DNA from: Eledone cirrhosa
Taxonomy: Eukaryota
Reading direction: 5' to 3'
DNA: 64,000 nucleotides
Assembly: GCA_964016885.1 (NCBI GenBank)
Contig: OZ024741.1
Location: 405,480,001 to 405,544,000 of the forward strand
The position numbers and the translations under genes are program-made. Shown here piece after piece: positions 1 to 9,915 of the stretch. The notes below the pieces were generated by a model. The model did not search any database. It had not been told where the DNA came from and was given only the letters and a program-made list of their open reading frames with translations. Each line of letters opens with the position of its first letter. Position 1 is the first letter of the stretch.

Positions 1-3000
1 TGTTCCATGGAGGTTTTAAAGGATGCAGTGTCTCGACATCTAACAACTGATGCAGGTAGTTTGTTCCATGGAGGTTTTAAAGGATGCAGTGTCACGCCAG
101 CTAACAACTGATGCAGGTAGTTTGTTCCATGGAGGTTTTAAACGATGCAGTATCTCGACAGCTAACATCTGATGCAGGTAGTTTGTTACATTGAGGTTTT
201 AAACGATGCAGTATCTCGACAGCTTAAAGCTGATGCAGGTAGTTTGTTCCATGGTGGTTATAAAGGATGCAGTGTCTCGACAGCTAACAACTGATGCAGG
301 TAGTTTGTTCCATGGAGGTTTTAAACGATGCCGTGTTTCGACAGCGAACAACTGATGCAGGTAGTTGGTTTCAGGGAGGTTCTAAAGGATGCAGCGTCTC
401 GACAGCTAACAACGGATGCAGGTAGTTTGTTCCATGGAGGTTTTAAATGATGCAGTGTCTCGACAGCTAACAACTGATGCAGGTAGTTTGTTCCATCGAA
501 GTTTTAAAGGATGCAGTGTCTCGACAGCTAACAACTGATGCAAGTAGTTTGTCCCATGGAGGTTTTAAATGATTTAGTGTCTCGACAGCTAACAACTGAT
601 GCAGGTAGTTTGTTCCATGGAGGTTTTAAAGGATGCAGTGTCTCGACAGCTAACAACTGATGCAGGTAGTTGGTTTCAGGGAGGTTCTAAAGGATGCAGT
701 GTCTCGACAGCTAACAACTGATGCAGGTAGTTTGTTCCATGGAGGTTTTAAAGGATGCAGTGTCTCGATAGCTAACAACTGATGGAGGTAGTTTGTTCCA
801 TGGAGGTTTTAAAGGATGCAGTGTCACGCCAGCTAACAACTGATGCATGTAGTTTGTTCCATGGAGGTTTTAAATGATGCAGTGTCTCGACAGCTAACAA
901 CTGATGCAGGTAGTTTGTTCCATCGAAGTTTTAAAGGATGCAGTGTCTCGACAGCTAACAACTGATGCAGGTAGTTTGTTCCATGGAGGTTTTAAATGAT
1001 GCAGTGTCTCGACAGCTAACAACTGATGCAGGTAGTTTGTTCCATGGAGGTTTTAAAGGATGCAGTGTCTTGACAGCTAACAACTGATGCAAGTAGTTTG
1101 TCCCATGGAGGTTTAAAATGATGCAGTGTCTCGACAGCTAACAACTGATGCAGGTAGTTTGTTCCATCGAAATTTTAAAGGATGCTGTGTCTCGACAGCT
1201 AACAACTGATGCAAGTTGTTTGTCCCATGGAGGTTTTAAATGATGCAGTGTCTCGACAGCTAACAACTGATGCAGGTAGTTTGTTCCATGGAGGTTTTAA
1301 AGGATGCAGTGTCTCGCCATCTAACAACTGATGCAGGTAGTTTGTTCCATGGAGGTTTTAAAGGATGCAGTGTCACGCCAGCTAACAACTGATGCAGGTA
1401 GTTTGTTCCATGGAGGTTTTAAACGATGCAGTATCTCGACAGCTAATAACTGATGCAGGTAGTTTGTTACATTGAGGTTTTAAACGATGCAGTATCTCGA
1501 CAGCTAACAACTGATGCAGGTAGTTTGTTCCATGGAGGTTTTAAAGGATGCAGTGTCTCGACAGCTAACAACGAATGCAGGTAGTCTGTTCCATGGAGGT
1601 TTTAAAGTATGCAGTGTCTCGAAAGCTAACAACTGATGCAGGTAGTTTGTTCCATGGAGGTTTTAAAGGATGCCGTGTTTCGACAGCTAACAACTGATGC
1701 AGGTAGTTGGTTCCAGGAAGGTTTTAAAGGATGCAGCGTCTCGACAGCTAACAACTGATGCAGGTAGTTTGTTCCATGGAGGTTTTAAATGATGCAGTGT
1801 CTCGACAGCTAACAACTGATGCAGGTAGTTTGTTCCATCGAAGTTTTAAAGGATGCTGTGTCTGGACAGCTAACAACTGATGCAAGTATTTTGTCCCATG
1901 GAGGTTTTAATTGATGCAGTGTCTCGACAGCTAACAACTGATGCAGGTAGTTTGTTCCATGGAGGTTTTAAAGGATGCAGTGTCACGCCAGCTAACAACT
2001 GATGCAGGTAGTTTGTTCCATGGAGGTTTTAAACGATGCAGTATCTCGACAGCTAATAACTGATGCAGGTAGTTTGTTACATTGAGGTTTTAAACGATGC
2101 AGTATCTCGACAGCTAACAACTGATGCAGGTAGTTTGTTCCATGGTGGTTTTAAAGGATGCAGTGTCTCGACAGCTAACAACTGATGCAGGTAGTTTGTT
2201 CCATGGAGGTTTGAAAGGATGCAGTCTCTCGACAGCTAACAACTGATGCAGGTAGTTTGTTCCATGGAGGTTTTAAAGGATGCAGTGTCTCGACAGCTAA
2301 CAACGAATGCAGGTAGTTTGTTCGATGGAGGTTTTAAACGATGCAGTATCTCGACAGCTAACAACTGATGCAGGTAGTTTGTTCCATGGTGGTTTTAATG
2401 GATGCATTGTCTCGACAGCTAACAACTGATGCAGGTAGTTTGTTCCATGGAGGTTTTAAAGGATGCAGTGTCTCGACAGCTAACAACTGATGCAGGTAGT
2501 TTGTTCCATGGGGTTTTTAATGGATGGAATGTCACGCCAGCTAACAACTGATGCAGGTAGTTTGTTCCACGGAGGTTTTAAAGGACGCAGTGTCTCGACA
2601 GCTAACAACTGATGCAGGTAGTTTGTTCCATGGGGGTTTTAAAGGATGCAGTGTCTCGACAGCTAACAAATGATGCAGGTAGTTTGTTCCATGGAGGTTT
2701 TAAAGGATGCAGTGTCTCGACAGCTAACAACTGATGCAGGTAGTTTGTTCCATGGAGGTTTTAAAGGATGCCGTGTTTCGACAGCTAACAACTGATGCAG
2801 GTAGTTGGTTTCAGGGAGGTTCTAAAGGATGCAGTGTCTCGACAGCTAACAACTGATGCAGGTAGTTTGTTCCATGGAGGTTTTAAATGATGCAGTGTCT
2901 CGACAGCTAACAACTGATGCAGGTAGTTTGTTCCATCGAAGTTTTAAAGGATGCAGTATCTCGACAGCTAACAACTGATGCAAGTAGTTTGTCCCATGGA

Positions 3001-4339
3001 GGTTTTAAATGATGCAGTGTCTCGACAGCTAACAACTGATGCAGGTAGTTTGTTCCATCGAAGTTTTAAAGGATGCTGTGTCTCGACAGCTAACAACTGA
3101 TGCAAGTAGTTTGTCCCATGGAGGTTTTAAATGATGCAGTGTCTCGACAGCTAACAACTGATGCAGGTAGTTTGTTCCATGGAGGTTTTAAAGGATGCAG
3201 TGGCTCGACATCTAACAACTGATGCAGGTAGTTGGTTTCAGGGAGGTTCTAAAGGATGCAGTGTCTCGACAGCTAACACTGAAGCAGGTAGTTTGTTCCA
3301 TGGAGGTTTTAAATGATGCAGTGTCTCGACAGCTAACAACTGATGCAGGTAGTTTGTTCCATCGAAGTTTTAAAGGATGCAGTATCTCGACAGCTAACAA
3401 CTGATGCAAGTAGTTTGTCCCATGGAGGTTTTAAATGATGCAGTGTCTCGACAGCTAACAACTGATGCAGGTAGTTTGTTCCATCGAAGTTTTAAAGGAT
3501 GCTGTGTCTCGACAGCTAACAACTGATGCAAGTAGTTTGTCCCATGGAGGTTTTAAATGATGCAGTGTCTCGACAGCTAACAACTGATGCAGGTAGTTTG
3601 TTCCATGGAGGTTTTAAAGGATGCAGTGTCTCGACATCTAACAACTGATGCAGGTAGTTTGTTCCATGGAGGTTTTAAAGGATGCAGTATCTCGACAGCT
3701 AATAACTGATGCAGGTAGTTTGTTACATTGAGGTTTTAAACGATGCAGTATCTCGACAGCTAACAACTGATGCAGGTAGTTTGTTCCATGGTGGTTTTAA
3801 AGGATGCAGTGTCTCGACAGCTAACAACTGATGCAGGTAGTTTGTTCCATGGAGGTTTTAAAGGCTGCAGTGTCTCGACAGCTAACAACTGATGCTGGTA
3901 GTTTGTTCCATGGAGGTTTTAAAGGATGCAGTGTCTCGACAGCTAACAACGAATGCAGGTAGTTTGTTCCATGGAGGTTTTAAAGGATGCAGTGTCTCGA
4001 CAGCTAACAACTGATGCAGGTAGTTTGTTCCATGGAGGTTTTAAAGGATGCCGTGTTTCGACAGCTAACAACTGATGCAGGTAGTTGGTTCCAGGGAGGT
4101 TTTAAAGGATGCAGCGTCTCGACAGCTAACAACTGATGCAGGTAGTTTGTTCCATGGAGGTTTTAAATGATGCTGTGTCTCGACAGCTAACAACTGATGC
4201 AGGTAGTTGGTTCCATCGAAGTTTTAAAGGATGCAGTGTCTCGACAGCTAACAACTGATGCAGGTAGTTTGTTCCATGTAGGTTTTAAATGATGCAGTGT
4301 CTCGACAGCTAACAACTGATGCAGGTAGTTTGTTCCATG
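1..4339 (-). repeat. 61-bp tandem satellite (~71 copies, open at the left edge) derived from the CR1 ORF2 C-terminus
   Basis: Plus-strand unit TGTTCCATGGAGGTTTTAAAGGATGCAGTGTCTCGACAGCTAACAACTGATGCAGGTAGTT recurs at 1, 62, 123 etc. There is a single 1-bp deletion near 3278. The minus strand reads WNKLPASVVSCRDTASFKTSM. Confidence 0.97.
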
Positions 4340-4480
4340 TTTCAGCAAATCTGAGCGTGAAAAAATGTTTCCGAAAGTCATGGTTTTCTGATTTTCTAAG
4401 CATGTCGACAGGTGTTAGACATATGGAATTCAAAAAGGTGCTCAGGGTTATTGTTGGAAAGATGGCTAATAATTTAAATT
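4279..4480 (-). mobile_element. CR1-clade LINE ORF2 3' remnant, degenerate and contiguous with the 61-bp array
   Basis: Manual minus-strand translation gives IISHLSNNNPEHLFEFHMSNTCRHA*KIRKP, then a frameshift, then HDFRKHFFTLRFAETWNKLPASVVSCRDTASFKT. This fits the CR1 ORF2 tail pattern (TRGH-x-xK...RKxFFxxRV...WNxLP..VV....SFK). Confidence 0.85.
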
Positions 4481-4760
4481 GGAAACTTTTAAAATGGCTG
4501 ATTTTATTTCAGTTTTAACCGGGTTGGTAACTAAGGTGTTAAAGTTACTAAGTTCTTAATTTAATCGGCGTTTCTAGTCTGTCACATTCTCAACATCAGG
4601 AGTGTTGTTGATTTATATTTACTGCCACTTTTTTAGAAGCATTGATTAAATTAGAGACGTATGATACGAGGAAATACGAGAAAGTTCTCATAGAGAAGTT
4701 GAAGCTCGGAAATAGCCGAGTGTTTAACAACTCTTGTCTAACAAAAAGGCTGTTACACTT

Positions 4761-4820
4761 TACACACACACATATATACACATACACGCACACGCGCACA
4801 CACTCATATATATATATATA
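4761..4820. repeat. Compound (CA)n/(TA)n microsatellite, probably the tail of the adjacent RTE-like end
   Basis: Directly visible; abuts TGATGGCTG at 4821. Confidence 0.9.
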
Positions 4821-4922
4821 TGATGGCTGATCCCTCGTTATCGACTATGGCCATTACACGAGCAAAAAAACACCACAAAACAATAAAATAACAATAATAA
4901 CAATGATAATAGAAAAAAAAAT

Positions 4923-4963
<41 letters not shown>

Positions 4964-5181
4964 CCCCCCCCCCCACACACACACAATTAACGGTGCTGCG
5001 ATCGATTATGGCTTTTTACCCCAGCCAATGATCTAAAATGTCTTGCACAGAGTTGGCAACCAAAATATTCATTGGGAATAGTCGGCTGTGGTTGGAGTTC
5101 ATGTACCTTTGCATGTCACTTGAGCCCTCCTGTTGATCTACATTCTCTTCCATATGCTTGGCAGGCATGATGAGTAGCATC

Positions 5182-5186
<5 letters not shown>
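4821..5186 (-). mobile_element. RTE-like non-LTR retrotransposon 3' end with two decayed C2H2 zinc fingers, interrupted by a microsatellite
   Basis: Minus-strand 5184-4988 translates as GDATHHACQAYGRECRSTGGLK*HAKVHELQPQPTIPNEYFGCQLCARHFRSLAGVKSHNRSQHR*. The terminal motif ATGGCCATAGTCGATAACGAGGGATCAGCCATCA (4854-4821) is followed by (TA)n. Clade assignment is from recollection of RTE ORF2 C-terminal fingers. Confidence 0.65.
4921..4985. repeat. (TA)n(CA)n poly-C (CA)n microsatellite
   Basis: Directly visible. Confidence 0.9.
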
Positions 5187-5228
<42 letters not shown>

Positions 5229-5340
5229 AACACAGACACATATATATACACATACAAACATAGTTACACACGCACATAAATACACACACCCACACCCATA
5301 CACACACACATATATATACATATATATATATATATATACA
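5186..5340. repeat. Compound (TA)n/(CA)n microsatellite
   Basis: Directly visible; abuts TGATGGCTGC at 5341. Confidence 0.92.
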
Positions 5341-5672
5341 TGATGGCTGCAATGCAAACTCTGCCAAGAGTATTGCATTCTCTTGTCAGATTCAGATGTG
5401 TGACTCTCGGATATGGCTTTTCAAGCCTGCTAGAGATTTGCACTCCTTCGCACATTGACGACAACTATGGAACTCACTGGCCTTAAGTCTGGCATCAGGT
5501 TGCCTGTGAACCTTACAATACCGTGGAGATCATAGTTCACTGGTTCTCTTTGAACATGGCTGCGACTGTGGCTCCTGACACCAGATTTGTTCAAGCAAAT
5601 CTTTCCACACTCAGGGCACTTCAATTCAATGGAGACACCGATGGCTGCCCCCTCGTTATCGAGTATGGTCAT
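5341..5672 (-). mobile_element. Second RTE-like 3' end with two C2H2 fingers, preceded by a 33-bp copy of the terminal motif
   Basis: Minus strand gives CPECGKICLNKSGVRSHSRSH and, in another frame, CRQCAKECKSLAGLKSHIR. It ends GCAGCCATCA plus a microsatellite. 5640-5672 matches 4822-4854 at 29/33 nt. Confidence 0.65.
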
Positions 5673-6019
5673 ATAACATTATTAATAATTATTAATTAAT
5701 TCTATCGTGCAATACCTGTGCGTGAAGATTATTTTAAAGTGAGGAAAGACTGTGCACTGAGCCAATCCCACTCTCTGCGTGACAGTATAACCAGAAAAGA
5801 AGAAAAGATCAACATCATCGGTAACTACTGAGCCGTAGAATTTATGTTGGAGTTATCCCAGTTTCCTGAGTGCCTTCTCCTAGAAGAATGCCCCGACAAA
5901 GGCTAGGGGTCCTTCACTCCCAGTGGTTTAACCACGCGATCGGGTATCCAGCCTGACTATTTCTATGTCTCCGCGCATATACATACATATGTACATGTGT
6001 ACATACATATTTACACATT

Positions 6020-6212
6020 TTTGGATGGCCGTTGACTCTTACAAGTTCTTCCGCCCTTTGTCAGGTTTTGTTTTTTGTCCTGCAGGGTATCCAAAATCAC
6101 CCTCCTCACCAAGTAAACTTGGTGGGGCTGCCGGTTTAGTCGCCGACGACCCGACCATGAGACAGGTTGTACTGGGTTACATGTTACCAGTAGCACTCAA
6201 GAGTGACCTGAC
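6020..6212 (-). mobile_element. ~190-bp interspersed element (SINE-like or LINE UTR-derived) embedded in (TACA)n-like microsatellite
   Basis: The reverse complement aligns colinearly with 8879-9087 (shared GTCAGGTCA, TGCTACTGGTA.CATGTAACCCAG.ACAACCT, CATGGTCGGGT.GTCGGC.A.TAAACCGGC, AGAGTCAA.GGCCATCCA). It is flanked by TACA-type repeats at ~5975-6015 and 6213-6245. Strand is relative to the second copy. Confidence 0.75.
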
Positions 6213-6371
6213 ATATACATACATACATACATACATACCCATACATTGGTCATGTCGTTTTTTATTTTAATACACTACGGTATAAGTTGAGGGAGCTTTG
6301 ACTTCTATTTCCTTCAGTCCATGTAGTTACGGAGAGGCAGCCTTATTGGTCCTTTAGATTATTATAGCTCT

Positions 6372-6435
6372 TGCTTTATTATAGATGTATTTCTGCTTTA
6401 TTATAGATGTATTTCTGCTTTAATATAGATGTATT
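6372..6435. repeat. 22-bp tandem repeat, ~3 copies
   Basis: TGCTTTATTATAGATGTATTTC at 6372, 6394 and 6416 (the last is partial with 1 mismatch). Confidence 0.9.
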
Positions 6436-6492
6436 GTCTAGATCTATGTTAACCCTGAAACCACCATTAAACAGATCCATATCAACAAAGAG

Positions 6493-6638
6493 GGCTGTGA
6501 ATTGGCAGATGTGTTAGAACTTTGGACAAAACGCTTTATAGAATTCTGCTCTCCGAGTTCAAATTCCGCCAAGGTCAACTTTGCGTTTCATCCATTCGAG
6601 GTCGAGAAAAAAGTACCAGTGAAGTACTGGGGTCGATT
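6493..6638 (+). mobile_element. tRNA-derived SINE, decayed (Octopus-type SINE with a Meta-like central domain)
   Basis: A-box-like TGGCAGATGTGTTAG and B box GAGTTCAAATTCC (6555-6567), followed by TTTCATCCATTCGAGGTCGAGAAAAAAGTACCAG...CTGGGGTCGAT. Family resemblance is from memory. Confidence 0.75.
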
Positions 6639-6904
6639 CTTCCTCTATATCTCTCTCTTACTTCCATTCTCTCACTCTCCATACTTCTCTGGAAGAAACC
6701 TGCTGTATTCGGACATGGAAAGGGGAAGGTAGGCTTAGGTAGACTTTAAAAAATGCCCCAAGAAACGTGGTATGTCGATATGGCGTCCCTACGACTCCCT
6801 CGGAGTTACTGGTCGATACCATAACAAGGGTAAGTCTGTCAAGCAAACAAAAACCTATCTCTTACTCCGTAAATATAGACACAGATTTCTATTATGTTTT
6901 GTAG

Positions 6905-7578
6905 CAAAGGTGTAACTAGAGAAAATAGCCCCTATGGCAAGCAGTGAAATTGTGCTCCTGCCCAGCTCTGTATTTTTACCTATAGACCTACTAATTTATA
7001 TAAATGGTTTAATGATCCAGCCACCATAGTGTTCTCACCCATGAGAGAGACATATCATACATCTGAAGCAATTTCTTTTTCCACTCTCCGACGAGGCTCC
7101 GACTTTAATAGAACGTCCTACTAGTCCAAGTGGCGCCCCCTTCATGTGGTGACCATGGCACGTGACATGCTTGCCATACCCTACAACTTCTCTGCGGCGC
7201 CCCCTTCATGTGGTGACCATGGCACACGTCATGCTTGCCATACCCTACAACTTCTCTGCGGCGCCCCCTTCATGTGGTGACCATGGCACACGTCATGCTT
7301 GCCATACCCTACAACTTCTCTGCGGCGCCCCCTTCATGTGGTGACCATGGCACACGTCATGCTTGCCATACCCTACAACTTCTCTGCGGCGCCCCCTTCA
7401 TGTGGTGACCATGGCACACGTCATGCTTGCCATACCCTACAACTTCTCTGCGGCGCCCCCTTCATGTGGTGACCATGGCACACGTCATGCTTGCCATACC
7501 CTACAACTTCTCTGCGGCGCCCCCTTCATGTGGTGACCATGGCACACGTCATGCTTGCCATACCCTACAACTTCTCTG
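6905..7578. mobile_element. Non-autonomous hAT-like DNA transposon (MITE) with an amplified right end
   Basis: 8-bp flanks TTTTGTAG (6897-6904) and CTTTGTAG (7579-7586) match at 7/8. The ends are loosely inverted: CAAAGGTGTAACTAGAG versus revcomp CAGAGAAGTTGTAGGG. The subterminal motif TATGGCAAGCA occurs inverted at both ends. Confidence 0.6.
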
Positions 7579-7579
7579 C
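7132..7579. repeat. 64-bp minisatellite, 7 copies
   Basis: GGCGCCCCCTTCATGTGGTGACCATGGCACACGTCATGCTTGCCATACCCTACAACTTCTCTGC starts at 7132, 7196, 7260, 7324, 7388, 7452 and 7516. Copies 2-7 appear identical; copy 1 differs (CACGTGAC vs CACACGTC). Confidence 0.97.
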
Positions 7580-8034
7580 TTTGTAGGTAGAAAGAAATAC
7601 CAACGTTACAATTTTGACAAGTTGTTATTTACTAAAATAAAATTATAACTTATTACAATAAATATTCCTGTAAAACACAAAATATATTGGAAGATCTAAG
7701 ATTCATTCAATGTAGATATAATTACATTTTTTTTTAAATTATAAGCCTCGCTGTGAAAATAAGTATGAGTACATATTTGTCATGTTCTTCATACGCAGAA
7801 AAGCATAAAGTGTCTTTACGGATTTTATAGCAAAGTGACCGTTCACCACAGGCAAGTAACCTTATATTGAAACACACGAAGAGAACTGATAGCAGTCGCT
7901 ACTTATGTCAAATACAAACTGGAATCTAATTGGAATAGCCAGTCTAATATATATATATATATTAAGTTCATTCGCTTTGGCAATGTAAAATAATTAAAAA
8001 ATAATATTACCGCATAACAGAGCATGTAATAGAA

Positions 8035-8385
8035 GATCCTTTCCTGTGACATTCCTAACCATATGCTCATAGTATCAGAGTTGTGATCTCTCAATTCGGA
8101 GAGGTAGTTGCTTTACCTGGAGTGACTCTGATTTCCGAGCTACACACTTTATTGAGTAATGTTACTCCAAAGACCCTTCGGAGGAACCCCATTTCTGTTG
8201 CTTGTATTTGTGATCGTATCTTTCGGTCATTACCCAAGATTCATGACCTTAGGTAAGGGTTGGCACGAATACCGAATTGAAGATAGCGAGTTTGGCTTTT
8301 ACACCCACCTCCCTTCTTCTGATTACCGAATGCTGAAGCTGGCACATTACTGCACAAGCTCCTGCAATTTATAGTCTTCGTTGTG
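8035..8385 (-). mobile_element. RTE-clade (Rex3/Expander-like) LINE ORF2 fragment downstream of the RT core, pseudogenised
   Basis: Manual translation with frameshifts: IAGACAVMCQLQHSVIRRREVGVKAKLAIFNSVFVPTLT*GHESWVMTER / RSQIQATEMGFLRRVFGVTLLNK / VCSSEIR / SLQVKQLPLRIERSQL*YYEHMVR / MSQERI. This contains the characteristic RTE PTLTYGHESW and EMxFLRR motifs. Confidence 0.9.
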
Positions 8386-8636
8386 AAAACTTTCATATTA
8401 TGCAAATTAGACTAACTGTTTTAGTTATGGTCTAGTTCGTTTGTACACAAATTACGACTGCTATGTATTCTCTTCGTAGGTAGAAACATATGTTTTTCTG
8501 GTGGACGACCAGTTAGCTGTAAAGTTTGAAAAGTTAACATTCTATGTAGTTCTGTGGGAATATAATTAAAAAACAGCAGCAGTGTCTATGTTAAATTTAC
8601 TTTAGATCTTGGAACTCCTTGAAGGATCTGCTCTAT

Positions 8637-9087
8637 GGTCAGGTCTGGCTTCTGTCTGCTACTAGTACCATGTAGCCCAGTACAAACTACTTCATCGTCA
8701 GGTCAGGTCTCTGTCTGCTACTGGTACCATGTAACCCAGCCTGCTACTGGTACCATGTAACCCAGTATGTTACTGGTACCATGTAACCCAGTATGTTACT
8801 GGTACCATGTAACCTAGTACAACCTACTCCAGGTCGGGTAGTGGGTGACTAAACCAGCTCCTCACCAGGCCCAAGTCTGGTCAGGTCAGGCTTCTGCATG
8901 CTACTGGTACCATGTAACCCAGCACAACCTACTCCATGGTCGGGTAGTCGGCAATTAAACCGGCTCTCCCAAAAGACCCTTGTCTGCTGAGGATGGTAAG
9001 TTGAAAGTGGAACCCCAACAGCACAAAACAAAGAGACAAGAGTTGTTAAAAGAGCGGATGAACTCCTCAGAGTCAATGGCCATCCAC
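8637..9087 (+). mobile_element. Relative of the 6020-6212 element with a triplicated 5' portion
   Basis: The head GGTCAGGTC..CTGCTACTGGTACCATGTAACCCAG starts near 8637, 8697 and 8879. Only the last copy continues to AGAGTCAATGGCCATCCA. Confidence 0.75.
8719..8819. repeat. 26-bp tandem repeat, 4 copies, hairpin-forming unit
   Basis: TACTGGTACCATGTAACC(C/T)AG at 8719, 8745, 8771 and 8797. Confidence 0.92.
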
Positions 9088-9379
9088 CCCAACTATGGAT
9101 TAAATAGACTCATCAACTGACAATTGGCCAAGCTTAAAACGTGATGTGTATGGCTACACCTCTGACAGAAGTGAGAAGGCCCTCGATCGAATAGGATCTG
9201 TTTTGACAACTTGATTTTTAACGAAAATATTGTTTAATCAGGAGGAAGGTGTAGCACCGTTGATCATTTTCAGGGTCTTGGAAAATTGCCGGAAGGAGAG
9301 AGGAACGTATCATAAAAGGGTCAGTTTGTAGTATTAAACCGTGCGATGGATTATGTCTACCATCCAAGCTGGTCACGGC

Positions 9380-9404
9380 CAGGGTTGTATTTAGTTAGAT
9401 ATAG

Positions 9405-9435
<31 letters not shown>

Positions 9436-9915
9436 GGGCATGCGCTGAGGTGCTATAAAATAGCTTATAAAATAGGGTTAAGCTACTTAAAAGACGGGAA
9501 AAGAAGTTTCCATCGGCCGCTATGAGGGACTGTACCCCATAATTTCTATATATCGTCTAGTCGGTATCTGAGAGATATAGGGTTCAATTCCTGGTTGCAG
9601 CGAATGACCAGGGCTGGATTTAGACACTGGAGAACCTGAGGCTCTTCAGGATTTGGAGAGGGCAGCCCTCATACAGAAAAAATTAGAATACATAGCAAAC
9701 CCCCCAATGTTACATATCAAAGTTAGCTTGGTGTAAGTAATTGGAATTGAAAAGTTATACATACAGATATTAAATTACAAATTTCTAATCACCCTAAAAC
9801 AAAAAAAACCCAGCTAAGGGCATAAATAAATTGCTGCGGTCATGGTTGGTAGGGGCCCCCACTGCAGAGCGCCAGGGGCAATTTCCCCATTTGTCCCCCA
9901 TTAAGTCCAGCCCTG
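9380..9915. mobile_element. Non-autonomous hAT-like DNA transposon with a perfect 8-bp TSD and a second internal left end
   Basis: GTCACGGC at 9372-9379 and 9916-9923. Left end CAGGGTTGTATTTA, right end revcomp CAGGGCTGGACTTA, internal CAGGGCTGGATTTA at 9609. CAG termini plus an 8-bp TSD are hAT hallmarks. Confidence 0.8.

Noticed and set aside
1-4339. CRISPR array (period ~61 bp)
   Set aside because: The whole unit is repeated, with no unique spacers and no cas genes, in a eukaryotic context.
3212-4518. Short ORFs in and next to the 61-bp array as genes
   Set aside because: They arise where a variant removes a stop. The 61-bp period is not a multiple of 3. Only the CR1-frame peptide is meaningful, and it is a relic.
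4596-5464. ORFs rich in YI/CV/HT runs
   Set aside because: These are translations of (TA)n/(CA)n microsatellites.
5430-5672. Host C2H2 zinc-finger gene
   Set aside because: It lacks TGEKP linkers, the second finger is out of frame, and its ATG lies inside a retroelement terminal motif that is also present at 4821-4854.
5738-5965. Possible additional retroelement UTR fragment (CCTTCTCCTAG...AAGGCTA)
   Set aside because: Only a vague resemblance from memory, with no second copy, TSD or coding signal in the window.
7132-7579. CRISPR-like array or repeat-protein ORFs (7162-7344, 7427-7648)
   Set aside because: There are no spacers. The 64-bp period shifts frame with each copy, so the ORFs are by-products of a stop-poor unit.
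8159-8374. Plus-strand 71-aa ORF
   Set aside because: It is the antisense shadow of the minus-strand RTE fragment.
8984-9010. Hammerhead ribozyme core (CTGCTGAG...GAAA)
   Set aside because: The core deviates from CTGANGA, I found no stem II pairing, and it is not conserved in the 6020-6212 copy.
9550-9600. tRNA gene around GGTTCAATTCC
   Set aside because: Only a B-box-like motif is present; no cloverleaf can be built.
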